Positions 37,701-48,458 of a DNA stretch of 64,000 nucleotides are shown here, piece by piece. This stretch comes from Rhizaria sp. SCN 62-66 (lineage: Eukaryota), in NCBI GenBank assembly GCA_001724265.1, contig MEDY01000017.1, forward strand, positions 1 to 64,000. The letters are read 5' to 3'. Both the position numbers and the translations under genes were made by a program. The notes under the pieces were generated by a model that did no database searches, was not told the DNA's origin, and was given only the letters and a program-made list of their open reading frames with translations. Position 1 is the first letter of the stretch. Every line of letters begins with the position of its first letter.

Positions 37701-38326
37701 GCGCGTCGCCGCCCTCGCCGTGGGCGCTGCCGGCGGTGGAGCTCGAGGAGCTCGGCGACCACGTCTTCTCGTACTACTACGCGTCGCCGTACTCCACCGC
37801 GCATCCTGGGCTCTGCTTCTCGGGCCCGCCGCCCTCACAGCAGCAGCAGGCCGCGGACGAGCTCCCCCCGGTCGTCACGTCACTGACCCCGGTCGGCGTG
37901 GACGATAACGGCGTTCCCGTGCCAGATCCTGCGGCCTCGCTCGTCACCGTGTCGTCCTCGTGGGCGGCCTCAACGGCGTGGGGCGTTGAGACGGACGCCT
38001 GGAGTGCGCTACGCGCCGAGCTCATCAAGCGCCAGCCGCATTTGCCGCCGCCAGCGGGGCCGAACGAGCTCTCGGAGACGCTGGTTGAGGTGCTCCACGT
38101 GCTCGCCCGCCGCCGCCTCCGCGCACTGCAACGGACGTCAGAGAAGCTCTGGGCTGGTCGTCTGCCGGTGCCTGACGATCTCCGTGTGCGCGCGCCCGAA
38201 CTACTGCCTGCGCGCGCGCTGGTCTTTGCCCGTTTTCCGCTGCAGCGTCTGCGCACGCGCGTCAAGGTGCCGCCCCTGCCGTCGCCGAATGCGGCTGCCA
38301 ATGACGGCAAGGTTGCGCAGAAGTGA
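25784..38326 (+). CDS. Giant GON4L/YY1AP1/DUO3-like nuclear protein with Myb/SANT-like motifs, ~4180 aa reading through TAG at 28061-28063, 31922-31924 and 33656-33658
   Basis: Four track ORFs in one frame, separated only by TAG; terminal TGA followed by an AT-rich spacer. Motifs resembling GON4-family blocks: acidic stretch then RVSRREIVDIMRD (~28487), WTPARVDRLRAQAEGVAQLALQL (~29443), Myb-like FSEAETRLLARAAARYG...RRFLP (~32250), second Myb-like YVARYGRRWSMLAQFL (~35009). The CDS is well supported; the family call is moderate. Confidence 0.7.
30158..30232 (+). repeat. CGCGGCGGC-type 9-bp repeats encoding an RGG box (RGRGGRGRGSRGGRGGRGGRGGRGG)
   Basis: Visible in the DNA and in the translation of the 28124-31924 ORF. 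Confidence 0.85.
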
Positions 38327-38502
38327 CACAATGTCAATTCACAACAATTTTGATATATAGCCATATTTTTATTCAGTACCAAGATTATATTAGATTTTAT
38401 CATATCAATAAAACGTATTTTAGTGAATACTATTTTCTTTTCGTTCAGAATATCTCACGCGTAAAATGCTTTCGTAAAGTGGCATGATGATCGAAAATTA
38501 TT

Positions 38503-40751
38503 TCAGACATCGTTCTCATCAAGTAGATATGGACACTCCGCAATTCCAAGCAGCGCGTATTGCCTGTTGCCCGCAACCTCGCTACCATCAACGCGGATCG
38601 AGCACGTCACAATGCGGCCCACCATGACGTTCTGCGTATGCTTAAAGCGTGCGCGCACAGTCTTCTTGTCCTCGCCACCCACCCGCATCGCAGCGTCAAT
38701 CGCGGCCGCCGAGGCGACGTAGAACGCCATAACACGCTCGTCCGCCGTGACCACCGCGCGCAACGCGCTGCCGCTGCCCGCGCCCATCGCGGCGGCGACG
38801 GCGGCTGAGCTGTTCATCGCATGCCGCGCGACCGCTTCAGCGCCCTCGCGAGACGCGTGTTTGTAGCCCGCGCTCCCAATCGCCACTGCGCGCGCGCCCG
38901 CAACCGCGCCGGCGTTGGCGGAGCGCCCGGCGCCGGAGGGACCGGAGGCCAGCGCTGCGATAGCGGCAGGCGGCTAAGATAGAGTGAACTGCATGTGAAA
39001 GCGCGGAATCGCTTCCGTCGGCGGGTAGAGCTGGACATATGTGAACGCAAAACATGAATTAGCAAATGATTAAAAAAAACATGAGCGTGACGTGATAAAG
39101 GTAATGAATAAAACATCGTGAGATACAAAGTTGGATAAACAAACAATGAAGTTCGTGTCAAACGACGCACCTGGACCTCTGTGACGAGCACAGAGAAATG
39201 GCCAAGCCAGCCTGAGGCTGCGCGCGCGAGCGGCGCCAAGTCCAGGTTGATCACTTGCGGAGCCGCAGGACCGCCGCGCCGGTGGTGACGGGTCGCTGTG
39301 CTTTCGGCTGCGCGCGCTGTCGACACAGTCGCGCGAGCAGCGACGGGATCAGTCGCAGCAGACGAAGTCGCAGCAGAGGGTGCAGCAGGTGCAGTGTGCG
39401 TCGGGGCGCGCGCTGTCGCAACTGTAGCCGCAGATGGGGGCACAGCACGAGTGGTCGGCGCTGATGTGCCGACACGAGTGTTAGCTGCAGACACGGGCTC
39501 AGCAGTGGCTTGAACTGTCGCTTGCACAGGCGTCGTTGTTGCAGCCACACCACCTGCAGGAGCTGTACGCTGATATGCCGTTGAGTTCTGAGGCCCTAAC
39601 ACCGCTGGTGTTAGCGCTGCTGCAGTCGCCGTTGAGAGCATAGCGCGTGTTGGTTGACCCTGCAACACAGACGCCACAGGAGCGGGCTTAATAACAATTT
39701 CTTGCTTGCCAACAAATTCTGGCTTAAAAGGATGCTCTGGCATAATATCGCGCTTTGACACCCGCGCTGTGGTCAGACTGCCGACACGTTCATCATCGCT
39801 ATCACCGTCGCCGAAGCCAATGAACAGCGGCGGCCCGTCCTTTCGCGACTGCTGTTGTTGTCGCGACGACTCGGCCCGCAGAGCGCGGACTTCTGCGTTG
39901 GCCTCAGCCGCGCGTGTAAGCCTGCGCGTGTCCGAAAACGCATTACGCGCGAGCTCCGTCTCCGCAGTGCCGTCCACGGGGAGTCCGTCAACAGCGCGGA
40001 CCGTCTCTGCGCAGAGAAACGCCACGCCCGCCCGCACTGGCAGTGCGCTGATAGACAGCAGAGCGCCCGGTAACAGGCGCCGGAGCCAGGCGGGGACGGC
40101 ACCCGCCGCGCCGGGCCACAGCACGGCCTCCAGCGCGCTGTGGCCGTCGCCCAGCCAGCACTGCGTCAGCGCCGCGGGCGACGCGCTGCCACTTGTACTG
40201 GTATTAGCGCTGTTTCGACCTGCGTTTGCGGGGGCAGCTGCTGCTGTTGACGAGGAGGTGACGCCTGCGACGCTGCGGAGCGGATGACAAATATCGCGCG
40301 CCGCGGGCGCGATCATCTGCAGACAGAGCGGGCCGTATGTCGCGCTAGCGGACGCTGGCGGCGAGGTTGCGTTTATGTCGGAGAGCGTTGTGAGTGTGGG
40401 CGGGCAGAGGCGCGGGTCGAGCCCGTGCTGCGCAATCCACGTCACGATCTCGTCCGCTGAGAGCGCCGTCGTCGTGCGGCGTGGGTCGGCGGATGCATGT
40501 AACGCTAGGGAGGTGTCGTGGCCCTGGTCGCGCTCGATGTGGGCTACGGCCTCCGGGTAGAGGCGCAGGCCGTAGCGTGCCCAGCAGTCTACAGGGAAGT
40601 GAGGCAAACACAAAACAGTGCGGAAAGACGGGGAGTGAGGCACAGAGGCAGTTAGTGAGGGGCTGAGAGGAAAAAAATGGTAAAGCAGGATAATAGACGC
40701 ATTTTTGATCGTACCTTCAAGGACATCATTGACCGTAGAGATTGAGGCCAT
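38503..40751 (-). CDS. RMI1-like OB-fold protein (RecQ-mediated genome instability 1), ~641 aa; exons 40715-40751, 39171-40588, 38503-38973
   Basis: N-terminal OB-fold resembling RMI1/TDRD3: LQMI..RDICHP...WLGDGHSALEAVLW...LLPGALLSISALPVRAGVAFLCAETVRAVDG; Ala/Thr linker; second folded C-terminal region. AT-rich introns GTACGA..TAG 40589-40714 and GTGCGT..TAG 38974-39170. Ends in TGA. Confidence 0.65.
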
Positions 40752-41048
40752 GTGGGTACCACGTCGCAGTGTCGCGTCGTCGACTTCGAGTTCGCACGTG
40801 CTTCAAGTTAGCGTGCAGATGCTATACTGGAATAAGCACGCGACCCGGCACAGTATTATTAACGCAATAATGAAAATACTATGTATTTAGTATTGACAGT
40901 TTGTTACACCTCCACTGACGGTGTTTGAGATGAGTTAGCTCACGTTTTTGATAGGCATTTCGACACGTCATTGAGGTTGCATTTGCAAACGCATTAGCTC
41001 ATCAACTCACATCATAACATTCGCATCCTCGTTTAAACTCTCGCTTAG

Positions 41049-42537
41049 ATGGAAGCCGCTACGTCTGTATCTCAGCCCGTTGAGGAGCTTGTTGAGTGCC
41101 CTGTTCCTATCATCGACATTTCTTCTCTTCGGGGTATCGTCGATGGCAAGCAGTTTGCCGAGGACGACGCCGCTCTCGAGGCTGCGCGCACCAAGACCGC
41201 CGATGAGATCTACAACGCCTGCAAGAACGTGGGTACGTTTCCAAAACAAGCCTTTTTCCATGCAATCATCCCGACCAAGACTCGAATAGGCTCTCCTTTC
41301 CGGCATGATTCATTATTTCCCTCCTTCTCCCCACCTCTCCTTTGTTTTCGTGCATGTTCGCATCAACACACTTACCCAAACAGGTTTCTTCTACATTATG
41401 GGCCACGGCGTGGACCCCGCGCACGTTTTGGCGCTGGAGGCCGCCTCCCGCGTCTTTTTCTCGCAGCCCACCGACGTGAAGATGCGCGTTTCGATGGACA
41501 AGGGCGGCCCCGCCTGGCGCGGCTACTTCCGTGTTGGCGATGAGCTCACGTCGGGCCTCCCGGACCTCAAGGAAGGACTGTACTTCGGCACCGAGCTCCC
41601 TGCCGACGCCCCTGCCGTTGTCGCGCGCATCCCCATGCACGGCGCCAACCTCTGGCCCCGCTCCGGTGACGGCGACACTCGGGACTCCAACAACAACGCA
41701 GAAACCGCTGCTGCTACTCAGACTACCGAGGCGAGCGGCGCTGAGAGCGAGAGTGAGAGCAAGCAGGCCACCGTTGCGTCCGAGTTTGCCGAAACCGCGG
41801 CTGACGCTGAGCTCCGCACACTTGTCCTCTCCCACCTCACCCAGATGACCGCTCTCGGCCACACAGTCATGTCCGGTGTGTCCCGCGCACTCGGCCTGCC
41901 GCCCGACTTCCTCCGCGCGCGGTTCATGCGGGACCCGCTGTGTCTGTTCCGCATCTTCAACTACCCCGCGCCCGCCGCCCTCAAGGCTCAATTCGCCGCC
42001 ACCGGCGCTCTGCTGTCCGACGCCGCCGCGACTGTTGCCTCCGAGTCCGCGCGGTCGCGTCCTCTGTGGTCGGTCGGCGAGCACACCGACTACGGCATGC
42101 TCACCATCCTCCACCAGGACCAGTCGGGCGGACTGCAGGTGCGCCGCGTTGCCGACGGCCGCTGGGCCCCCGCGCCGCCCGTCGCAGGGTCCTTTGTGGT
42201 CAACATCGGGGACATGCTCGAGCGTTTGACCGGCGGGCTTTTCGTCTCGACGCCGCACCGCGTCCTGAACCCGGCAAACGCGGGGCGCATTTCGTTTCCG
42301 TTCTTCTTCGACCCCTCGTTTGACGCCGACACGGCGCCGCTGCTGGGGGAGTCGGAACGCCTCGCCGCGCCGCGCGCCGCCAACGGGTCCGCTGCGACAA
42401 CGTACACGAGGTGGGATGGCCGGCCGGTCGGACTGGCGGATGTGCAAGGCACATATGGGCAGTACATCCTGGGGAAAGTCGCCAAGGTGTTCCCGCAGCT
42501 CGCTGTGCAGGAGCGCATTGCAGCTGACAAGAACTGA
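41049..42537 (+). CDS. Isopenicillin N synthase-family 2-oxoglutarate/Fe(II) dioxygenase, ~445 aa; exons 41049-41232, 41384-42537
   Basis: DIOX_N motifs VPIIDIS...ACKNVGFFYIMGHGV, formed across intron GTACGT..CAG 41233-41383; iron ligands HTD..H (EHTDYGMLTILHQD, STPHRV); 2OG-binding RxS (RISFPFF). Ends in TGA. Confidence 0.92.
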
Positions 42538-42997
42538 GATATGTATAGCATCCCCTAAGGAGTGCAGTCTGTGAGTTTGAAGTGCAAGAAACACATTGTA
42601 ATACGTAGAAGATGCTTGATTCGATTCGACGTGTGAGCATTGCTCTATGCGCGGGTGTAATTATGACAGAAGTGTATTTTTGATACTCCTCCTAAGCAGT
42701 ATCACTATTGTTGTTAATGAAGCAAAAGAAATAGATGGTTTGATAGAGAGATAAGACAAGTAAACGATGGCCATTCTGGCCTGTTTGCTTTTCCTTCTTC
42801 AACGCTAAACCGCGGATTTAAGACAACCAACTCATTAATAAAGCGAATATAAAAACAAAACAAAATCCAATCAAACATAAGTTTGTCAGATATACTACAG
42901 AATCCTATGAATGCGCACAAATCACTTCTCGCATTTGTGCCATTCCGCAGTGAGCAACAGCGTAAGCATGTCAGTTCATTGTGAGTCAGATCATTTT

Positions 42998-45900
42998 TCA
43001 GAACTCCTCGCCGTCGTTATCGACCACTGCGGCCTTCTTTCCCTTCTTCTTTCCCTTCTTGGTCCCGGGCACGGCCTCAGGGGACGTATCATCAGCGATA
43101 ACAACCGTTCCCGCAGCGGCAGCAGCAGCAGCGGCAGCGCGGGCCTTCTTGCCTCCCTTCTTCTTGCCAGTCATCTCCGGCTCGGGCTCATCGTCGGCCT
43201 CAGCAGCAGCAGCAGCAGCAGCAGCGGCGGCGGCGGCAGCGGCGGCGCGGGCCTTCTTGCCACCCTTCTTCTTGGGCGCCACGTCGTCGTCATCATCATC
43301 ATCATCCTCGTCATCGTCAGCAGCGGCGGCCTTCTTGACGCCCTTCTTGCCACCCTTGCGCGTACCAGCGACAGTACCCGCGGCCGCAGGTTCCGCGTAA
43401 ATCTGCGCCACGGGCTCCGGCGCGGCCACGGGCACGAGCTCCTCCAGCGGCGCATCAACCGGCGGCGCCATCGAGGCCGGGATGCCCTGCAGACGCAGGT
43501 TGTGGGCCTTGTTCCGTGCGTCGATATCGGCGGCCCAGGCGCGCTTCTGCGCCGCGAGCGCCGTCTCGGCCGTCTTGGCGGCGGCCTTGGCGCGCTTGTA
43601 GGCCTCACGTGCGCGGTCTTCGTACTCTTCGTCCTCGAACGGCACGCGGAGATCGTCCCAGGGAGTCACGTCCGCCTTGGCCTCGACGCGCGGACGCGGG
43701 AGGTGGCGCGCGAGAACGGCGGCAGGGTTAGCCAGCGCGTTCTGGCAGCCCCAGAAGGGACGCGCAACGGCGTTGAGGTAGCACACGCGGCACAGCTGGT
43801 ACTCGAGGTGGTATTTGGCGTTGTACTGCGCGTACTTGGGCTCCGCAATGAACCGGAAGAGGTAATCCTCCAAGTCTGGCGAGGGCGGAAACGAGATGAG
43901 GCACAGCGCGAGCAGCTCGAACCCCTTGTCGATAGCGTCGGCGAGCGGGTTGAGCGTGATTTGCTTCATGATGCAAATGTAGATCTCATCACGCAGCTCC
44001 GCCGTCTCGATACCGGCCATGAGGACTTCCTCAGTGCGCTGCGGAAGACGCTTCGAGTAGCGCTGCCCCATGTACTTCTGCACGTTCTCGAACGCTTCGA
44101 GCAGCGTCGGCTGGATCTGCTTCAGACGCGGCGCGTAAACAGCCATCAGCGTTCGCGTCAACGGGGCGTGGATATACGCGTCGGTGTACGAGAGCATCGT
44201 GTCGGCACGCAACTGCGCTGAACCCCACCACTTCTCGTTGCCCCAAGCCAATGGATCCTTCAGCGCGCCGAAGTTGGCGAGAGCGAGAGAGGCACCGCGG
44301 TCGGCCACGCGCTGTGTCTTGAGCCCTGCGGAGATGGAGATTGCGCGTTCGTGGTCGCCCAGCTTGACCGCGGCCGTGTACTGCGCCTGGATATACGCCG
44401 CAGCCGGGCCGTCAGCGAGCGCGCGGAGCTTCTTGACGGCCTTGCTCTTGAAGCTGACCTCGCTCGCGGCCTTGAGCACCGCGCGCACGTGCCGGTCATG
44501 CAGCGAGACAGCGGCCTTGTCCGCCTCCTGGTCCACGCGCACGACGCGGCCGTGCAGCAGCCGGCACTCGTACACTAGGGGCGCGTCGTACCCCAGGTCT
44601 TCGGCCGCGGCCAGCGCGGTGCGGAGCGGCACGGTCTCAACCAGCCGGCGCGCCTCAGTCAGCAGCTCGCGGACACGCATCACTTCGCGCAGCTTGGCCT
44701 CGCAGGCCTCGACCTGCGGCGTGCGGTAGCCGAAGGACGCGCAGAACTCGAGCGTCTTCTTGAGGTGCTCGTGGTTGAGCGACGCCATGGACCGCTTGAT
44801 CATCTCCTTGGCCTGCGCCATGTTGGCCAGCAGTGCACGCGCTTCCTCGACCGAGTCGGACGAGTAGTCAAACGCTTCGCACATCGCCAGCGCCTTGGTG
44901 AGGTACTCTTCGCTTAGTTCAGCGCGCGCCACACGCAGCGCGGCCTCGGCGTCGGCGATGCGCTCCAGAAGCTCCTGGCACTGGCGCACGATCGACGTCT
45001 GGTAACCATGCGCCTCGCATACGCGGAGCACGGCCTCGAGCTTGGCCTGGTTCTTGCTCGCCAGCGCGTCTTCGAGCATGCGCTTGGTCTTAGGATCCAT
45101 GCGCTCCTCGACGAACTTGTCCAGCAGCTTGCGCGCGCGCTCGGCGGGGGCTGTGGCGAGGCGAAACTCATCCGCGGCGCGGACGGCGCCGGCGAGCTCG
45201 ATGAAGTAGCACTCTTTCTCCTCATCTGAGTAACCCGAAGTGTCGACCTTGACAAGCCGCTCCAGGTCCTCATGCGTCTCGGTGAGACGGACCTTGATGT
45301 TGCGGTGCAGCTCGAGCTTTTTGTGCTCCTCGGCGCGGTACAGCATCATAGTCGCGCCCGTCTGCACGTTCTTGCGGTCGAGCTTCATGTGCACGACGAC
45401 GGCCTCGCACCGCTCCTTGGCGCTGCCGCGCGGCGGGGCGTCGTCAAACAGCACCGCGTACCGGTCCGCGAACTCTTCGTGGCGCAGACGGAACGGGAAG
45501 CCCTGCTTGCGGATGGCGACGGCCTCGTACACCCCGGAGTAGGTGAGCTGCTCGTTGCACATCGAGGGTACGAACGCGGTGGGCGCCTTGTGCGGGTTGG
45601 GCTTGATGCAGCGGATGTAATGCGGCTCAGTCAACCGCAGCGTCGTCATCAAGTCATCCAACTGGCGGCGGAACTGCGAGCCCAGCGAAGCCTTCTTCTC
45701 CGCGGTCGAGACCGAGCCCGTGGGCGGGAACAGCTCGTTGACGAGCGCACTGGTCGACGTCCGCAGCACATCGCACAGGTCCTCCGTGAGCGTGTCACGG
45801 TTCTTCTCCAGAAAGCCTTCAACCTCGTACGCGACGAGACCGGCGTAGTGTTTGATCATGAACCGGGTCGGCTTCTTCGCGTCGCGTCGGTAGACCTGGT

Positions 45901-47875
45901 TGGCAGCGTGGTGGTCATTCATCTTGGTCAGGAACGTCTGGTCAGTGCCGCGGGGCACGATGAGCTCCTCGTCGAGCAAGGGGAGCAGACCGGTGGGGCG
46001 CTTGGCGATGAGGTCGAGCATCGGCTGGTTGTCAATGAACTCGATGTGCTGGAACGCGATGCCCTCTGACTTGTACACGGCTTCTTCGAGCTTGAACGTC
46101 TGGTAGTTGAAGTGCTGCTGCAGCATTTCGTTGGTGAAGTTGATACAGAGTTGCTCAAACGAGTTTTGCTCGAAAATCTCGAAGCCGAAGATATCAAGAC
46201 AGCCGATGAAGCGCGACTTATCAGCGGGTTGGCCGATCGCGCGGTTCAACCTCTGCACCAGCCAGTCAAACAGGTAGCTGTAGACGAACTTGGCGAGCGC
46301 GTCGCGCTGCGCGGCGGCGTTGGCCTTGTTGAGCTTCATCACCGTCGTCTCCTGGTTCTTGATGCGCAGCTCCTTGATGACAAGCCCGCGGGCGAGAACT
46401 GCGGTTTCGACGTTGAGCAGCGCCGCGGCGACAGCGACGGGAGAACCGGCAGCAGAGTCGGTGACACACGCGTAATCGTTCTTGTCTTCCTCGAAGTCGA
46501 CGTTGCCCAGGGTGGCGACGGCGGCGACGAGGGCGAAAATCCGCTCCTGCTCGGCGGGCTCGAAACCGAGTTCGGTGAAGGCAGCGCAGACGTCGGCCCA
46601 GTCCTTGGCGTCGTCGATGGTCGGCACAGCAGTGCACGTCTTGAGGTAGCGGTAATGCTCGGGACCGTGGAGGTGGAGCTTCGCGCGGAGGGCCTTGTCG
46701 GCGCCCTTGGTAAGGTTGTAGAAGATGTGGAAGTTGCGTTCGTTGGCAGACTGACGCACGACACGGATCTTCTCAAGGAGGTAGTTCTTAATCATGCAGC
46801 CGGACATCGCACAACCGCGGCCCTGGAAGAAAACCTGCATGAACTTACCGAAACGGGATGAGTTGTCGTTACGGAGCGTCTTGGCGTTGCCGAACGCTTC
46901 GAGGACGGGGTTGGTCTTGAGGATGCCGGCGGCGACCCCGGAGGCGGATCCGGCCATATATGCCAGATACTGGAGGCAGTGCTTCGTGGTCTCAGTCTTG
47001 CCGGCGCCGGACTCGCCGGAGATGACGATCGACTGGTTGTGCGAGAAATCGCGGAGGCCGACGAAGGCGTCGTGGGCAACATTGTACGAATGGGGCGGCA
47101 TCTCCTGCCCCAGCTTGCGGCGCGCGTACGAGCGCACGATCTCGTCGTTGTACAGCGGGAGCGCACAGTAGGGGTTCAGGGCAATAAGGATGGTGCCAAC
47201 GTTGGTGTAGATCTCGCGCTTAAGGAAGCGTGCGCGCAGGTTGTGAAGGATAAGAGGGGCGGCCATGTCGTCGAGAAGGACCAAATCAGGCACGACACGC
47301 TGGAGCGAGGAGCGCTTGACGGCGGTCAAATCGGCCTTTTTAGCCTTGACAGTGTGCGTCTCGCCGCGCGCGTCAACGCCTGTGACGGTGTTGCCCGCCG
47401 TGGCCGTGATGCGAGCCGGGATGAAGCACTCGGTCTCGGAGGGGAGCCAGTACCACTCGCCCTGCGAGTCAGCCTCGCCGGCGGTCATGAGCTCGACGGG
47501 TTTGTCCCAGGTCGTCTCTTTCGTCTCCACGTTGTAGTAGTACTCGACGCCTGCACAGAAACAAAAGAGTGCGTTTGATATAAAGCGAGAAAATCACACA
47601 GAGTCAGTAATGAAGCGGATGGAGCGTTGATCAGTTGGTTAGCTGGGGATGATAAGGAACGGTTTAGGATGAGTCAGAAAAGGACACATGGCGATAGCTA
47701 TGGGATAGATGCAACGCGTACCGGACTTGTCCGTGAGCGCCTGCCAGGCGGAGAGCGGCTCCTTGCGGCGCTCCCACCAGCGGCCCTCGGCCTTGGAGGT
47801 GAGTTGCGCCGCCAGATCGAAGGTCGACGCCGACGACAGCGCACCGCTGCGAGCGCCAGGTATCGCACCGTACAT
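42998..47875 (-). CDS. Unconventional myosin: WW domain, motor, helical region, MyTH4, Lys/Ala-rich tail (class IV-like), ~1568 aa; exons 47722-47875, 42998-47550
   Basis: Splicing intron GTACGC..CAG 47551-47721 builds a WW domain (WQALTDKSGVEYYYNVETKETTWDKP). P-loop GESGAGKT, NDNSSRFGK, DIFGFE, PHYIRCIKPN; MyTH4 LRDEIYICIMKQIT.NP...GFELLALCL..FPPS. Ends in TGA. Confidence 0.95.
43035..43360 (-). repeat. Internal repeats in the myosin tail: about four K(K)GGKK/KKGKKK units, followed by Ala runs and acidic patches
   Basis: RKGGKKGVKKAAAADDD, KKKGGKKARAAAA (twice, near-identical DNA), KKGKKKGKKAA; GCA/GCG triplet runs. Confidence 0.85.
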
Positions 47876-48458
47876 TGTCTATGCACAAAGGGCAATCACA
47901 AAAGAGTTGGAAACATGGGTAGTCAAGTAACATAGGGAAAAGTGAGCAGGGTGCGGGAGGGGGAGCATCCAGGAAAAATATCAGGATGATGAGGCGTAAT
48001 CGGCGCAAGCACCAGTTTTCGGCGGCCATACACAAGCTAACGTAAGGTACTAGAAATCAAAATTTAAGACAGTAGTATAAAAAAACAGTTATTATTCAAT
48101 GCTGTAACAACGGAGCTATTGTCGAAGACGGTAAGGAATGAAGCTTGATTGCGAAAAGCGACGTCGTCCTTCTCTGTTTCTGCGGCCGACATTCGGAGCG
48201 TCTGTGGGCGCAACGTGAGGAGAATAAAATACAAAAAAATCGTTTTTCTAGAGTGTATTATTGCTGGTTTAAGTTCGACAACTCCTTCCGGTAGTTGTCG
48301 TTGATATTATTTGTCGTCTTTACATTCGATATCTTGTTTGAAGGCCAAACAGGGCACATATCCCTGCGAAACTGCCTCATCCCTTAAGCCTTCATGGTCC
48401 CATTTCAGTCACAAATTGTCGACTTGCCGACCGCCGCGGGACCTCGCGTCCTCCGCGC

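Noticed and set aside
10530-38326. UBR1 and GON4-like genes as pseudogenes
   Set aside because: About 27 kb of frame with no frameshift and no TAA/TGA, only TAG, and intact motifs. Random decay would not be restricted to one stop codon.
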